DNA of 64,000 nucleotides. Origin: the human T2T-CHM13v2.0 reference genome, Homo sapiens. The stretch lies in assembly GCF_009914755.1 (NCBI RefSeq), contig NC_060929.1, one strand, 5' to 3'. Positions within the stretch are counted from its first letter, which is position 1; each line of letters opens with the position of its first letter. The translations under genes and the position numbers were made by a program. Below the pieces are notes generated by a model. It saw only the letters and a program-made list of their open reading frames with translations, was not told the DNA's origin and did no database searches. This document shows positions 53,139-64,000 of this stretch, in pieces.

Positions 53139-55679
53139 CAGGCCATTCCATATGGGACCACCCACTGGGAACAGCTCCGGGGCTGGGGGAGCAGCGCCCC
53201 ATCCCCAAACAACACGGGGCATGAATGAGCCCTGGGTGGGGAGGCCCCGCCTGCATGCCGGGTAGTCAGGCTGCTGGTTCCTTAGCACATGGGGTTCGCT
53301 GGGCCAGCCAGTGGGGGGATGCACTGTGAGACCACGTGACCCTCGGCTCGCGCACCCCCACGCCTGCTCCTGCGCACATAGGGAAGACTGGGCGACCACC
53401 TGAGCCTCGACTTACACATTCCTGCACCTACTCCTTCGTGCATGGGTTAGACTGCATGACCACCTGACCCTCACCTCACACGTCCATGCATCCATGCACC
53501 TGCTGCTTCGTGCATGGGGAGGACTGTGTGAACAAGCGACCCTCTGCACCAGCTCCTTCCTCTATGGGAAAGAATGCCTGACCACGTGACGCTCCCCACC
53601 AGTCAGTGCACCTGCTCCTGTTGGTGTCCCAGAAGACTGCGTGACCATGTGACCCTCAGCCCATGCACCCTTGTGCCTGCTCGTGGTGCATCAGGGAATG
53701 CGGCCCACACTTCTGAGCTTAGCAGCAGCAAGGAGAGGGGCCTGTGGGCCACAGTTGCAATCGCTGATCCTCGGCAAACAGGGCTGATGAGGGGAGGGTG
53801 GAGAGGGAACATGGCCAGGGAGGAGCTCCCCAGGCCTCCAGCAGATGGGGAGGGTGTGGCTCTGCTCTGCAGTGCTGTGAAAACTGCTTGGAGAGGGGGC
53901 CTCTGGGAGCCCCAGGCAGGAGGAGGAGCAGTGCTCCTGGTGAAGAGCCCGGGCATCTCCACCGATCTGCCTTCACCTCACCCAGCTCTGGGCCTGTGCG
54001 CTCTTTCTCTGCCAGGCTCGGCCCGCCCACAGGAGCCGGGAGCCCTCACCAAGGAGAACAGGACTTGGGTGACTGCTGTGACTCCTTCCAGAAGCTTCTA
54101 TGACCCCGCACCTTCTGCCCACCTGTCTCCACAGGCCCCACCCCTGCGTCCAGCCTCAGGCACACCCATTGGGATCCCTCCATTCCTCATGCCCCCACGC
54201 CCTGGTGCAGATGGGTCTGGATGGACTCTAGCCCCCCAGGAGATGCCAGTATGGCAGAGCTGCAGAGAGAGAAGCTGGCTGGGGCAGCTGCGGCAGCCAA
54301 GCCCCTCAGCACTGGCAGGGGTGGCCAAGGGAGGTGCTGGGTAGGCAAAGAAATTCTTAGAAAATCCTGGCTAGACCAGAAACTCCCAGAACAATGGCCT
54401 TCTAAGGAAAGGGGGCTGGCAGTGCGGTCTCCCAGGCAGCGTCGCTGGAGACTCAGGTCGCTAAAGTGGAGGCACCGGGCACAGCCATTCCTCCCCACGG
54501 CAGCTTTGCAGTGTCCACTGAGAGCAAGCGTGCGTTTACAGACCTGCAGCCACAGGGACACCTGTCAGAGAGGGCAGGTGTCTTTTCTCCTCACCCAAGC
54601 AAGGCCCAGCACCCTGGCTCAGAGGCTTCCACAGAAGCCCCCTTGGCACCTTCACCAGAGGCAGCAGGGGCAGCATGCGGAACCAAGACATCACTGCAAG
54701 TCGTGGACAGGGATAAGCGGGCTGTTGCGTGGACAAGGTGGGCAGATGTGGGGAGCGGGAGCAGCCTCCAGGCAGTGTGGCCAGAGGCTGAATGCGGAGA
54801 GGGGGAGGGACTCAGAGAGGAGAACACGGACCACGCTCCTGGTCACCATAGGTCAGGCCTCCACGCGGCAGCCAACTGGGGAGGACACTGTGGACGCCTG
54901 CAGACGCTGAGACCTGCAACCTGGCCCTCCCAAGACAAGCTGCTGATGGCTGTGGGCCGGCTGTCACCACAGGACCCTGATCACCCTGAGAAATGCCAGT
55001 TGGAGGAAGCAATATGGTCACCCTGTGTGAGCCATAAGTGAGGGTTTATAGCATAATCCTAATGAGGAACTTTGTCTGAAGTCTGAGGCTGAGTTACTTC
55101 AACTATTTGAAAGTTGGCTACGATAAACCAAGGCGTCCAGGCAGTGACCTGCCCACATGCAGGGAGAGCTTTGGTGCGGACTGCGGCCGCTAAATACCAC
55201 TTCCCAGCAGAAGGCCCAGGGCTCCTCAGCCGGGCTTGCTCCAGGTCACAGGTGGGAAATGCAGAGATGAAGATGGGACAGCACGGCGCAGCCCACATCA
55301 GGGAAGCTGGCAGGGGCCGGGCGCGAGCGCTCACGCCTGCAGTCCCAGGAGCACGGCGCGGCCCAAATCAAGGAAGCTGGCAGAGGCTCATGTCCTGAGG
55401 GCTGGCTCGAGGCCTACCCAGCTCACACTCACGTGACAGGGATCCAGCAACAGCCAATGCCGAGCCTGGTGCAGGAGCAGCACAGCAGACCAGTGGGAAC
55501 TGACCCTCTCTGGGTCTAGATGCAACCACCAGCTTCCAGAAAGCCCCAATGACAACAAGGAGATGCAATCAATCAGAAAATGCAGAGAACTCCACAAAAC
55601 ACAAAACTCCACAAAACACAGCCCAAATCCATTGCAGCAAACAAGGAGGAGCTGGAGGACCCTCCTGATCCACACGCAC

Positions 55680-56362
55680 CAGAGGCCCGAGGGAGCTCGT
55701 TCACCCCTCCACCTTGCGAGGACACAGAAGGTGCCATCTATTGACCCGGAGGGGGTCCTTGGCAGACACCAAATCTGCCGGCATCTTGGACTTCAGCCTC
55801 CAGAATGGTGAGAAGTCCGTGTCTGCTGTTCGGGAGGCACCTCGTCTGTGGTCCTTTGTGACAGCAGCCGCGCCAAGCAGGGCGGGCACAGTGGGAGTGC
55901 ACGTGACCCCGGCCTGGCCACACACCGTCATTCTCCGGGCTGGGGGACAGGTCCCAGGCCCACTGTATTATCACTGCTTTGGTGTTCTAGGTTGAATTTT
56001 GCGCCCCCTTCCCCAATTCCTGTTGATGTCCTGACCCCCAGGACTCCAGAGGGTGACTGTATTTGGAGAAGGGGCTGTTAGAGAGGTGACGAAGGTAAAA
56101 TGAGATCATCTGGGGGCCCTGAGCCAACCTGCCTGGTGTCCTTATAAGAAGAGGAGATGAGGACACAGACACCCAGGGAGGGACGGCCCTGTGAGGACAC
56201 AGGGTGAAGGCACCATCTGCAAGCCCAGGAGAGGCCTCAGGAGGAACCAGCCCTGCTGCGCCTCGGTCTCGGACTCCAGCCTCCAGGATGGTGAGACAAC
56301 AATGTCTGTGGTTTAAGCCCCATCTGAGGCACTTTATTATGGAAGCCGGAGCTGAGAAAGAC
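55680..56362 (+). mobile_element. Two MaLR LTR pieces (3' half at about 55680-55880; near-complete MLT1-like at about 55983-56362)
   Basis: GAGGACACAG..AAGG..CCATCT, TTGGACTTCAGCCTCCAGAA and GTATTTGGAGA..GG hallmarks. Confidence 0.75.
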
Positions 56363-58455
56363 ACTTGACATATGTTTGAAATTTCCCATGATAAAAAGTA
56401 TAAAAGTGATGACTCCTGGCTTAAATGTAAACAAGGCCATCCAAATGTTGGCCTGGAACTCTCTGGAAGTCTCTGAGTGAAGGCGCCGGTGGTCACAATG
56501 CCCAGGCCCAGGCTCTCTGATTTCAGGCAGCTGGCAAACCCCTCCCTCGTCTCTGCCAAGGCCACCAGGGCCGTAAGCAGCCCCAGGCCCCAGCATCACC
56601 CGGCGTTTCACAATCAGTGCTGAACTCAAAGACACGAGGTTGCCAGAGAACATGTGGTCCCTCTCGTGTGCACTCACGCCATCGCGGTGCCCGACAGGGG
56701 TGCTGCGGTGAGGCCCACCAGGCGCAGGGATGCTGCGGCCCCTCCGAGCCCACTTGTTGGAGATGTCACACTGCAGTGCCCCAGCCAGTGAAGGGGCTCC
56801 AATGCACCTGCAACGAGGCAGGGGTGGAGGGGAGGCTGCCCAAAGGATGGCGCCCGGAGACTCGAAGGCCGCGAGGCCGCGTCATCCCGCACAGGCGGCC
56901 GGGGCAGATGCTCAGTGCCAGCCACCCCAAGCTCTACGGTTAGCGCGGTGGAGGCAGCTCACAGGAATGCTCCCTCCTGAAGGTGCATCCCAACATTGCT
57001 GCTTTAATTATGTGGAAAAAATTATCCCAACTCCACAGGATATGCGACAGTGCGCTTGCAAATCCACGAGAGAACGTGCACTCCTCCCACGGTGAGAGGG
57101 CGAGCGGCAGCACACACAGGCGCCTGCTGTCCAAGGTCTAATTTTCTTTTGCTTCTTCCTTTTAGAGAAAGAACAACTTTTGAAAGCACAGCAGTTCTCT
57201 CAGGCATCCCATCGGACGGAGCCGGCACTTCCATCAGCAAACACCACCAGCCCGCCCTCGGCATCTGAGAGCTGGAGGGAGCTTCGGGAATCACCCACTC
57301 CCGTCCAGCACCCACAGACACAAACCGAGCAAGGCAGCAGCAGGAAACGCCCTCCTTTTCTGTCTCCCCAATCACCAAAACACCTTTATTCATATAACAT
57401 GACTTCTGGTCCAAACCAAACGCTGCCTTCAAATATGGAATCAGCGATCACGCCCACAATGAATTCTCATAGTTAACGATACTAAAAGCAGACAGGAAAT
57501 GTGAAAAACTGGCACCGTGAACCATTGCCGTGGGCTCTCTCTGCACACACAACCACTCTTACCTTTGGAGCCCGAGGCACGGCCCGCACCCCAGGCACTA
57601 CAGATCCCAGGTGAGGCCTGCAGGAGGAGGGATGGGCTGCCAGGAGCGCAGGCCACATCACGGGGACGGTTTCATTGGGAGGAACATTTTATGTTTACTG
57701 GGTATTCCCATTTCTGTTTGTGTAATTTTCTCATTTATATAAATGTATATACATCTTGTGCCAAATTTATGGTGGGTTTCTTTGTCTTTTTCTCACCCCT
57801 GTGAACATCCATTGTCTCCCTGACCTTAGATTTCAGTGAGGTCACACTCTGGAGCTTTTCACCCCCACCCCGTGTGACTGCAGGAGGATCTGCGCCTCCC
57901 CGCAGGAACCCCTCTCCCCCACAGCCCGTGCTTACTGCTATCTATAAAGCTGTTTCTTCTTCGCTCTCCCACTCAAATCTAAAATTAAATATAGCTTTTC
58001 TAAAACTGAACTATTTCTTTGCAAACCCTCAACCAGCCGTACCGCCTCCCGCCGCTGTCATCTCTACTCCACCGTCCTCACCAGAACCCTCGGCACCATC
58101 ACCTACCCGAGGCTCTTGCCTGCGAGATGACAGTGTGTTCAGTAATTCCCTTTGGATTTGCAAATCGGCCCCGCAGTCCCACAGCACAGTGATTCTCCTA
58201 GACCACTCCATTTACCATTTTCAACCCACTCCAGTCCACGGGCGTCTTACGAGGATGCTGCACGGTGTTGAATGGGATCAAAGCCAGTCTGGTCTTGGCC
58301 ATGTCTAAACCACGACACCCTGTGACTGGGGAACCCCCATCAACACCCAACCAGCTCCCCTGTGAGCCAGCTTCCAGGATACAGGGACGGCCCTGGGACC
58401 GTTGGCACCAGTGTCGTCACTGGGACTGGATGGTAGCATGCAGGTAGCACCCTGG

Positions 58456-58550
58456 GGTGACACCAATGCCGCCTGGGCCGTGGTGCTGCATCTGTGGGAC
58501 ACTGGAACATGACCTGGAGGGCAGGCAGGCCTGGAGGAGCATGTGGTGTC
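58456..58550 (-). ncRNA. MIR6075: Annotated intronic microRNA precursor MIR6075
   Basis: Minus strand 58481-58461 reads ACGGCCCAGGCGGCATTGGTG, which I recall as mature miR-6075 from LPCAT1 intron 1. The ends pair (GACACCA.ATGC / GCAT.TGGTGTC). Identified from memory, not searched. Confidence 0.78.
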
Positions 58551-59034
58551 TCTGGAGCAAGGGCCGCTGCTGGAGGGCAGGCGGGCCTGGAGGAGTGCAG
58601 TGTCTCTGGAGCAGGGGCCGCTCTCCGCAGCGTGGGTGGAGGCTGTCTCCCATGGCTTCTGCAGGCCCTGGTTAGTCCTGCTTTCTGGAAACAGCCATGG
58701 GGGAGCACACCTTCCTCCTGCGGGGCGTCCCCACCAGCGTCTGAGGGGCACTGGCTCTGAGAAAACCCTGGGCCCCTAAGACGGCACTGAAGCCCCATAT
58801 CCCAGCAAGAAGAGACCAGGGAGTCACTGCGGTTACTTGCTCATGCCCACGCAGGCCTTTCTGTGGATCTCCACACACAGCACCTCCGACTGCGACCGCA
58901 CAGCTCCTCTCTTGCACCTGGGCTCACGGTTGGCTCTGCGGGGTTGACCTCCCCGGCGCGCGCTGTTTGTGTGTCCCAGTTACCTAGGTTCTGTAGCAGA
59001 CGTGGCATCAGAGACCACGTGGCCCCAACCCCTC

Positions 59035-59340
59035 AGGGGACACCACCTGCACGCCTCGCTCACCCTACGTGGGGACATCACCTGCTCACCTCGCTCACCC
59101 TACATGGGGATGCACCTGCTCACCTCGCTCACCCTACGTGGGGACGTCACCTGCTCACCTCGCTCACCCTACTTGGGGATGCACCTGCTCACCTCGCTCA
59201 CCCTACGTGGGGACGTCACCTGCTCACCTCGCTCACCCTACTTGGGGATGCACCTGCTCACCTCGCTCACCCTACGTGGGGATGTCATCTGCTCACCTTG
59301 CTCACCTTACGTGGGGATGCACCTGTACGCCTCACTCACT
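59035..59340. repeat. 34/35-bp alternating VNTR, about 8 copies
   Basis: CACCTGCTCACCTCGCTCACCCTACGTGGGGACGT / ...CTACTTGGGGATG. Confidence 0.95.
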
Positions 59341-61295
59341 CTGCCATCAGGACACTGCTTGAATTCCTCTCTTGAACACAGAGCTGCTTCCTGCAGACAG
59401 GGTCAGAGAACAGCCAGGGAATCCCTGAGTGGGATCAGGCCACTCCAGTCTTGGTTGGCCAGGAACCGAGCCCCTCCAGGAGGGAGGTCCATCGAGCAGC
59501 CTCATGCATCTGCACAGCAAAGCTGTGCATCGTCCTCTGCTCCCAGATGGTGGCACCCTCCTGCTTGCCACTCAGCCAACAACCCCAAGGAGGCAGCCTC
59601 ATGGCTGGGGATGGCTGTGTTGAGCTGCAGCCCCAGCTGTCCCTAAGCTCTGTGGCTTGGGAGGAGCATCACTTCCCGGTCTCAGCGGGTGTCTGGAGGG
59701 TGGGCTGGGTCCTGCTGAGGCCAGGCAAGGAGGCTCCACCTGGGCAGCCCCACATCACCACCAGGACACAGCAGGTGGCAGAGGGCGTACCACACTTAGA
59801 GCCCTGCTCATTCGCCAGTAAAGTGAGCCCCACGGCCACCCGGACAGGGCTTGGCAGGCACAGTAGTCTGAGCTCCTGTGTGGCGTGCGGCCCCGTGAGT
59901 CGCAGTGGGGCTATGTGCTGGGTGGTGCCACACAGGCAGGCCCTCCATGCCCCATGTCCAATCAGGAAGATATGGAGCCGCTGGGCCGGCCACACCCGCC
60001 TTCGGAGTCACTGTCAGCTCTGCATCATCATCCCACGGAGGCTCACAGGGTCACAAGGCCCCGGCCCAAGAGCAGTCCCACACTAGAGCCTCCCTCTCAC
60101 TATCCCTGAAGCACCCAGTGTCCATGCTTCCCGTAGAATCAAGGGCCATAGACCCCCAACATCTGGGGCAAGCACCCTGCAGTCACTGGAGAAGACACAG
60201 CTTGCTGAAGTGCCCACGGGGGGCCACATCTCAGACTTTCAACCTTGTGTACTACAAATGCAGATTCCTGGACACCTTGTGACCTTTGGAATGAGGCTGT
60301 GCCCTGTGGGCTGACTCCCTTGGGCCCCCTGAGCTATGTATGGCCCACGCCTTCACCTGGAGTCTTCCTCCCATCGGGGGGCTCTGCTGTCTGGACTAAG
60401 CGTTCCCTGACACCCTGGCTCACACCCGTGATGCCAGCACAGGGCACGGTGCTCACACATTGGTGCTGTTGGAAAGTAACCAGTAAAAAGGTGTGTGAAA
60501 GAAAACACGCTTACTCATTCTGCAGACAATTCCTGAGCACCTGCAATGTGCACTCTGGACAAATGGTGTCCAGGTGCAGGCAGAACGAGACCGACGGAAA
60601 CCGCAGCACCACCTGGCTCAGACGGCACAGGTGCAGCCCGTGTAAAGATGGCACGCGCCGGCATCCTGGTGTGGGCCTGCGGGAAAAGGGCGTGGGGTGG
60701 AGGTGCAAGCTCAGCTGAGAAATCAGGAGTAGAGAGTGCAGAGCCCCACGGAGGGAGGGCCCAGGCAGGGTGGCTATGTGAGCATCACAGCCGATGCCCC
60801 AGTTCCTGCTTCAAGATGACCGATGGCAGGCAGGTGCCGGAGCCGCTCCTCCGGTCCCCAGGCTGGCCTCCGGGTCCTGCCCACATGCTCTCCCAGACAG
60901 TCCTCATGCCTCCTCACCCGCAAAGCTCTGCACAAATCCCCCTTCCCTGAAGGGTTTGGGACACCCAGCCAGAGTTCTGTCCCTCTGGTCCCTACATATG
61001 ACGTCCCCCATGTCCAACCTGCAGCCCCACACTCTAGAGGAGAGATTCCACAATACAGGCTGCAGGCTGGGAGGCCCTTCCATTGCTGCCTGGTGACCCC
61101 GAGGGCTCAGCTCCTGCAAGGCCTGGCTCACGGCAGGTGCTCGCAAGAAGAATACAGGAGGGAAGGGAGCAGAAACTCAGAAGTGTAAGCTTCTGGGCTG
61201 CACACGTTCCACTGTGGGCACAGGCTAAGCTTCAAAAGCAGAAACTAGCTGCAGATTCCTATTTGGAGGCTGCGGGGACTCTGTTACACCTGACC

Positions 61296-61689
61296 CATTT
61301 CCACAGGCTCTCACCCGTGGGGCAGGACACCCTGCGATTATGTTTCCTCCATTTCCACAGGCTCTCACCCGTGGGGCGGGACACCCTGCGATTACATTTC
61401 CTCCATTTCCACAGGCTCTCACCCGTGGGGCGGGACACCCTGCGATTACATTCTCACCCGTGGGGCGGGACACCCTGTGATTACATTTCCTCCATTTCCA
61501 CAGGCTCTCACCGGTGAGGCGGGACACCCTGCGATTACATTCTCACCCGTGGGGCAGGACACCCTGTGATTACATTTCCTCCATTTCCACAGGCTCTCAC
61601 CCGTGGGGCGGAACACCCTGTGATGACATTTCCTCCATTTCCACAGGCTCTCACCCGTGGGGCGGGACACCCTGCGATTACATTTCCTC
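61296..61689. repeat. 54-bp VNTR with interspersed shortened units
   Basis: CATTTCCTCCATTTCCACAGGCTCTCACCCGTGGGGCGGGACACCCTGCGATTA. Confidence 0.95.
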
Positions 61690-62751
61690 AGAAGGCAGCT
61701 TTCAAGGCAAAGCTCCCACGTGCAGAAACGGGCCCTGGAGGTGGGAGTCCCAGGAGCCGTGGAGAAGCTCCAATGAGAACGGGGCCAGATGGGCAGCCCG
61801 AGAGCAGAACCCCCACCACCAGCGGCTGGGGAGAGGCTGGAGATGCCAGGGCCCTCCTGGGAGGCACCAGCTTTGTCCTCGAGGCCGAGGGGAGGAGAAG
61901 CACAGGAGATGCTGGGCACAAGGGGCCCGGCACAGGCCAGGCACAGGGAGGCCCCAGCCTCATCTGCCCAGTGAGCGATATCCAAAAACAACAAACAGGG
62001 TCCACATGCCAGCACTGCAGCCACAGCAGCACGAGGGGCCGTCGCAGGTGCACGGGCCTCACAGCTTCACAGAGCAGAGCCATGCCAAACGCTCGCGGTG
62101 AAAGGCAGCCTGTTTCTTCAGTACTGTTCCTTCGACAGGTCAGTCCTGAGCCCCAGGCTGTGTCCCAGGACACTGGGAGTCTGCTCCGCACTGGGGGACT
62201 CAAAGTCCACACGGGACCCACAGGTGGTCAAGTGAACCAAACGCCCCACACCCTGACCCCCAGGTGTACATTCTGCACATTTTAATTCCGAGGTTGGGAA
62301 TGCACCCTACGCCGCCAGGCACGCCGCCAGGCCGAGGTCTGCAGCAGCATTTCACTCTGTTGGTGTCCGAGGACCTCAGGGGCTGTGGACCATGCAGGCG
62401 CTGCAGACAGTGATACATCGTGGGGGGCTCAGGAGAAGCAGGCTCCTGGGATCATTCCAACAAAAAGGTCCCCCTGCGTGCTCCGCCAGGACCCCACCTT
62501 CCACCTCCAGCCAAAACAGGACCTTCACACATACCAGCACGCTTCCCATTCAGCCCAGGCCCTGAGACAGGCCCTCCGGAGCTGTGGCCCAGGGAAACGC
62601 CAATCTCCCCGGACCTCCCGCCTGGTCTGAGTAAAAAGAATCCTGAAATTCAGGATCCGTGGCATTTCTAGCTGCTTGCATTTGTTTAACAAACATCTGC
62701 AGAAAGCCAGTGGGGCCCTGGTGGAGAGCACCTCCCAAGCCCCCTGTGGTG

Positions 62752-63615
62752 GGAGCCCCACCCCCAGCACATCCTGCATCAGGGGATCCTGCTACAAGAA
62801 AGAGTCCCCAGCCTGCTGGCCCTTCCTACTCCGAACTGGCCGCAGATACAGGGAGCCCCCCAGCACATCCTGCATCAGGGGATCCTGCTACAAGAAAGAG
62901 TCCCCAGCCTGCCGGCCCTTCCTACTCCGAACTGGCCGCAGATACAGGGAGCCCCCCAGCACATCCTGCATCAGGGGATCCTGCTACAAGAGTCCCCAGC
63001 CTGCCCGGCCCTTCCTACTCCGAACTGGCTGCAGATACAGGGAGCCCCCCAGCACATCCTGGCCCAAACCCTCAAAAGCTGCAGGAGCCCACAGCCTGCC
63101 CTGTACACCCTGCGCCACACTACCCGCAAATACAAGGTCCCCCACCTCCCCCGCCAGCCCAGAACATCCTGGCCCAAGTCCCACCCCCAGCCTGCCCTGT
63201 ACACCCTGCCCCACACTACCCGCAGATACAGGGGCCCCCCAGAACATCTTGGCCCAACCCCCTGGCCTGCCCTGTATACCCTGCCCTGCACTATCTACAG
63301 ATACTGGGACCCTCCCCCACCTCCCACTGCCGCCCACACACAACATCCTGGCCTAAGTCCCACCCACTTAGCTGCAGGAGCCCCTGGCCTGCCCTGTACA
63401 CCCTGCTCCACACTACGGGCAAATACAGGGGGCCCCCCGGAACATCCTGGCTCACCCCCACACCCCCGAGCTGCAGGAGTGCCTCTGTCCCCACAATTCT
63501 GGGTCTGCGCCACCATCTCCAGGGAGCCCACCAAGCACATCCTGGCCCTGTCCCTGGCTATGGGAGACCCTCCACCCAGGACATCCTGCTTCCCCCAGCT
63601 GCAGGGAGCCCCTGG
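62752..63615. repeat. VNTR with a unit of about 96 bp (3 close copies) grading into diverged related units
   Basis: CCCCAGCACATCCTGCATCAGGGGATCCTGCTACAAG...GCAGATACAGGGAGCC, then ACATCCTGG...GCCTGCCCTGTACACCCTG...GATACAGGG variants. Confidence 0.93.
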
Positions 63616-64000
63616 ACCACCAGTAACGTCTGTGAGGCAAGGCTGACCCCTGCTCAGCCAGTGGGTAGAATGGGAGTGGGCAGGGGCTGTGGGCCCTGGC
63701 AAGTATGTCCACTCCTCTGAGTGCAGGGAGGTACAGAGGTGACCAGCCTGACGTGCAGCTGTGGACACAGAGGGAGGGCTGCTGGGGGCTGGAGGCCACT
63801 GCCCAGTGGCAGTTGTGGGGGAGGCAGAAATGACCTGATCGCTCTAAGGTGAGGGAGAGGAGAGCCCACTCTTTACAGAGACTTCCCCAATGGCACAGGC
63901 GCCACGTGGTCCTGGGGCCACTGACTGGGCAGACAGCCTGGCACAGGGACAGGACAGGTCTAGCCTGGGATGTGCTGAGCTTGATGGATGCATGGGACCC

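Overview
This is eukaryotic (human-type) genomic DNA. The window holds exons 2-14 of LPCAT1 (lysophosphatidylcholine acyltransferase 1) on the minus strand, with a ~2.2 kb 3'UTR and a poly(A) signal near 9.3 kb. All 13 exons were read off the sequence with GT/AG boundaries and consistent phases (1470 nt including the stop codon), and they spell the LPCAT1 protein from VALMTL... to ...RKKLD*. Exon 1 is not in the window; it should lie beyond 64000. Intron 1 contains the sequence I recall as MIR6075. The first ~8 kb is decayed retroelement DNA (old L1 ORF1/ORF2 pieces, ERV-L integrase and dUTPase remnants, MaLR LTRs, three Alus). The gene body is unusually rich in unrelated VNTRs, as expected for its subtelomeric 5p15.33 location. 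Almost all ORFs in the supplied track are spurious products of GC-rich, repeat or Alu sequence. I found no convincing new gene or multi-gene system. The best leads are non-coding: a ~150 bp inverted duplication in intron 11, a VNTR made from amplified L1 ORF1 coding sequence, VNTRs that multiply splice-site, poly(A) or RBP motifs, a miR-205/Pumilio/alternative poly(A) module in the 3'UTR, a duplicated segment where only one copy carries a consensus CTCF site, and a hairpin that shares an arm with the 3'UTR. Repeat family names are from motif recognition, not from a database search.
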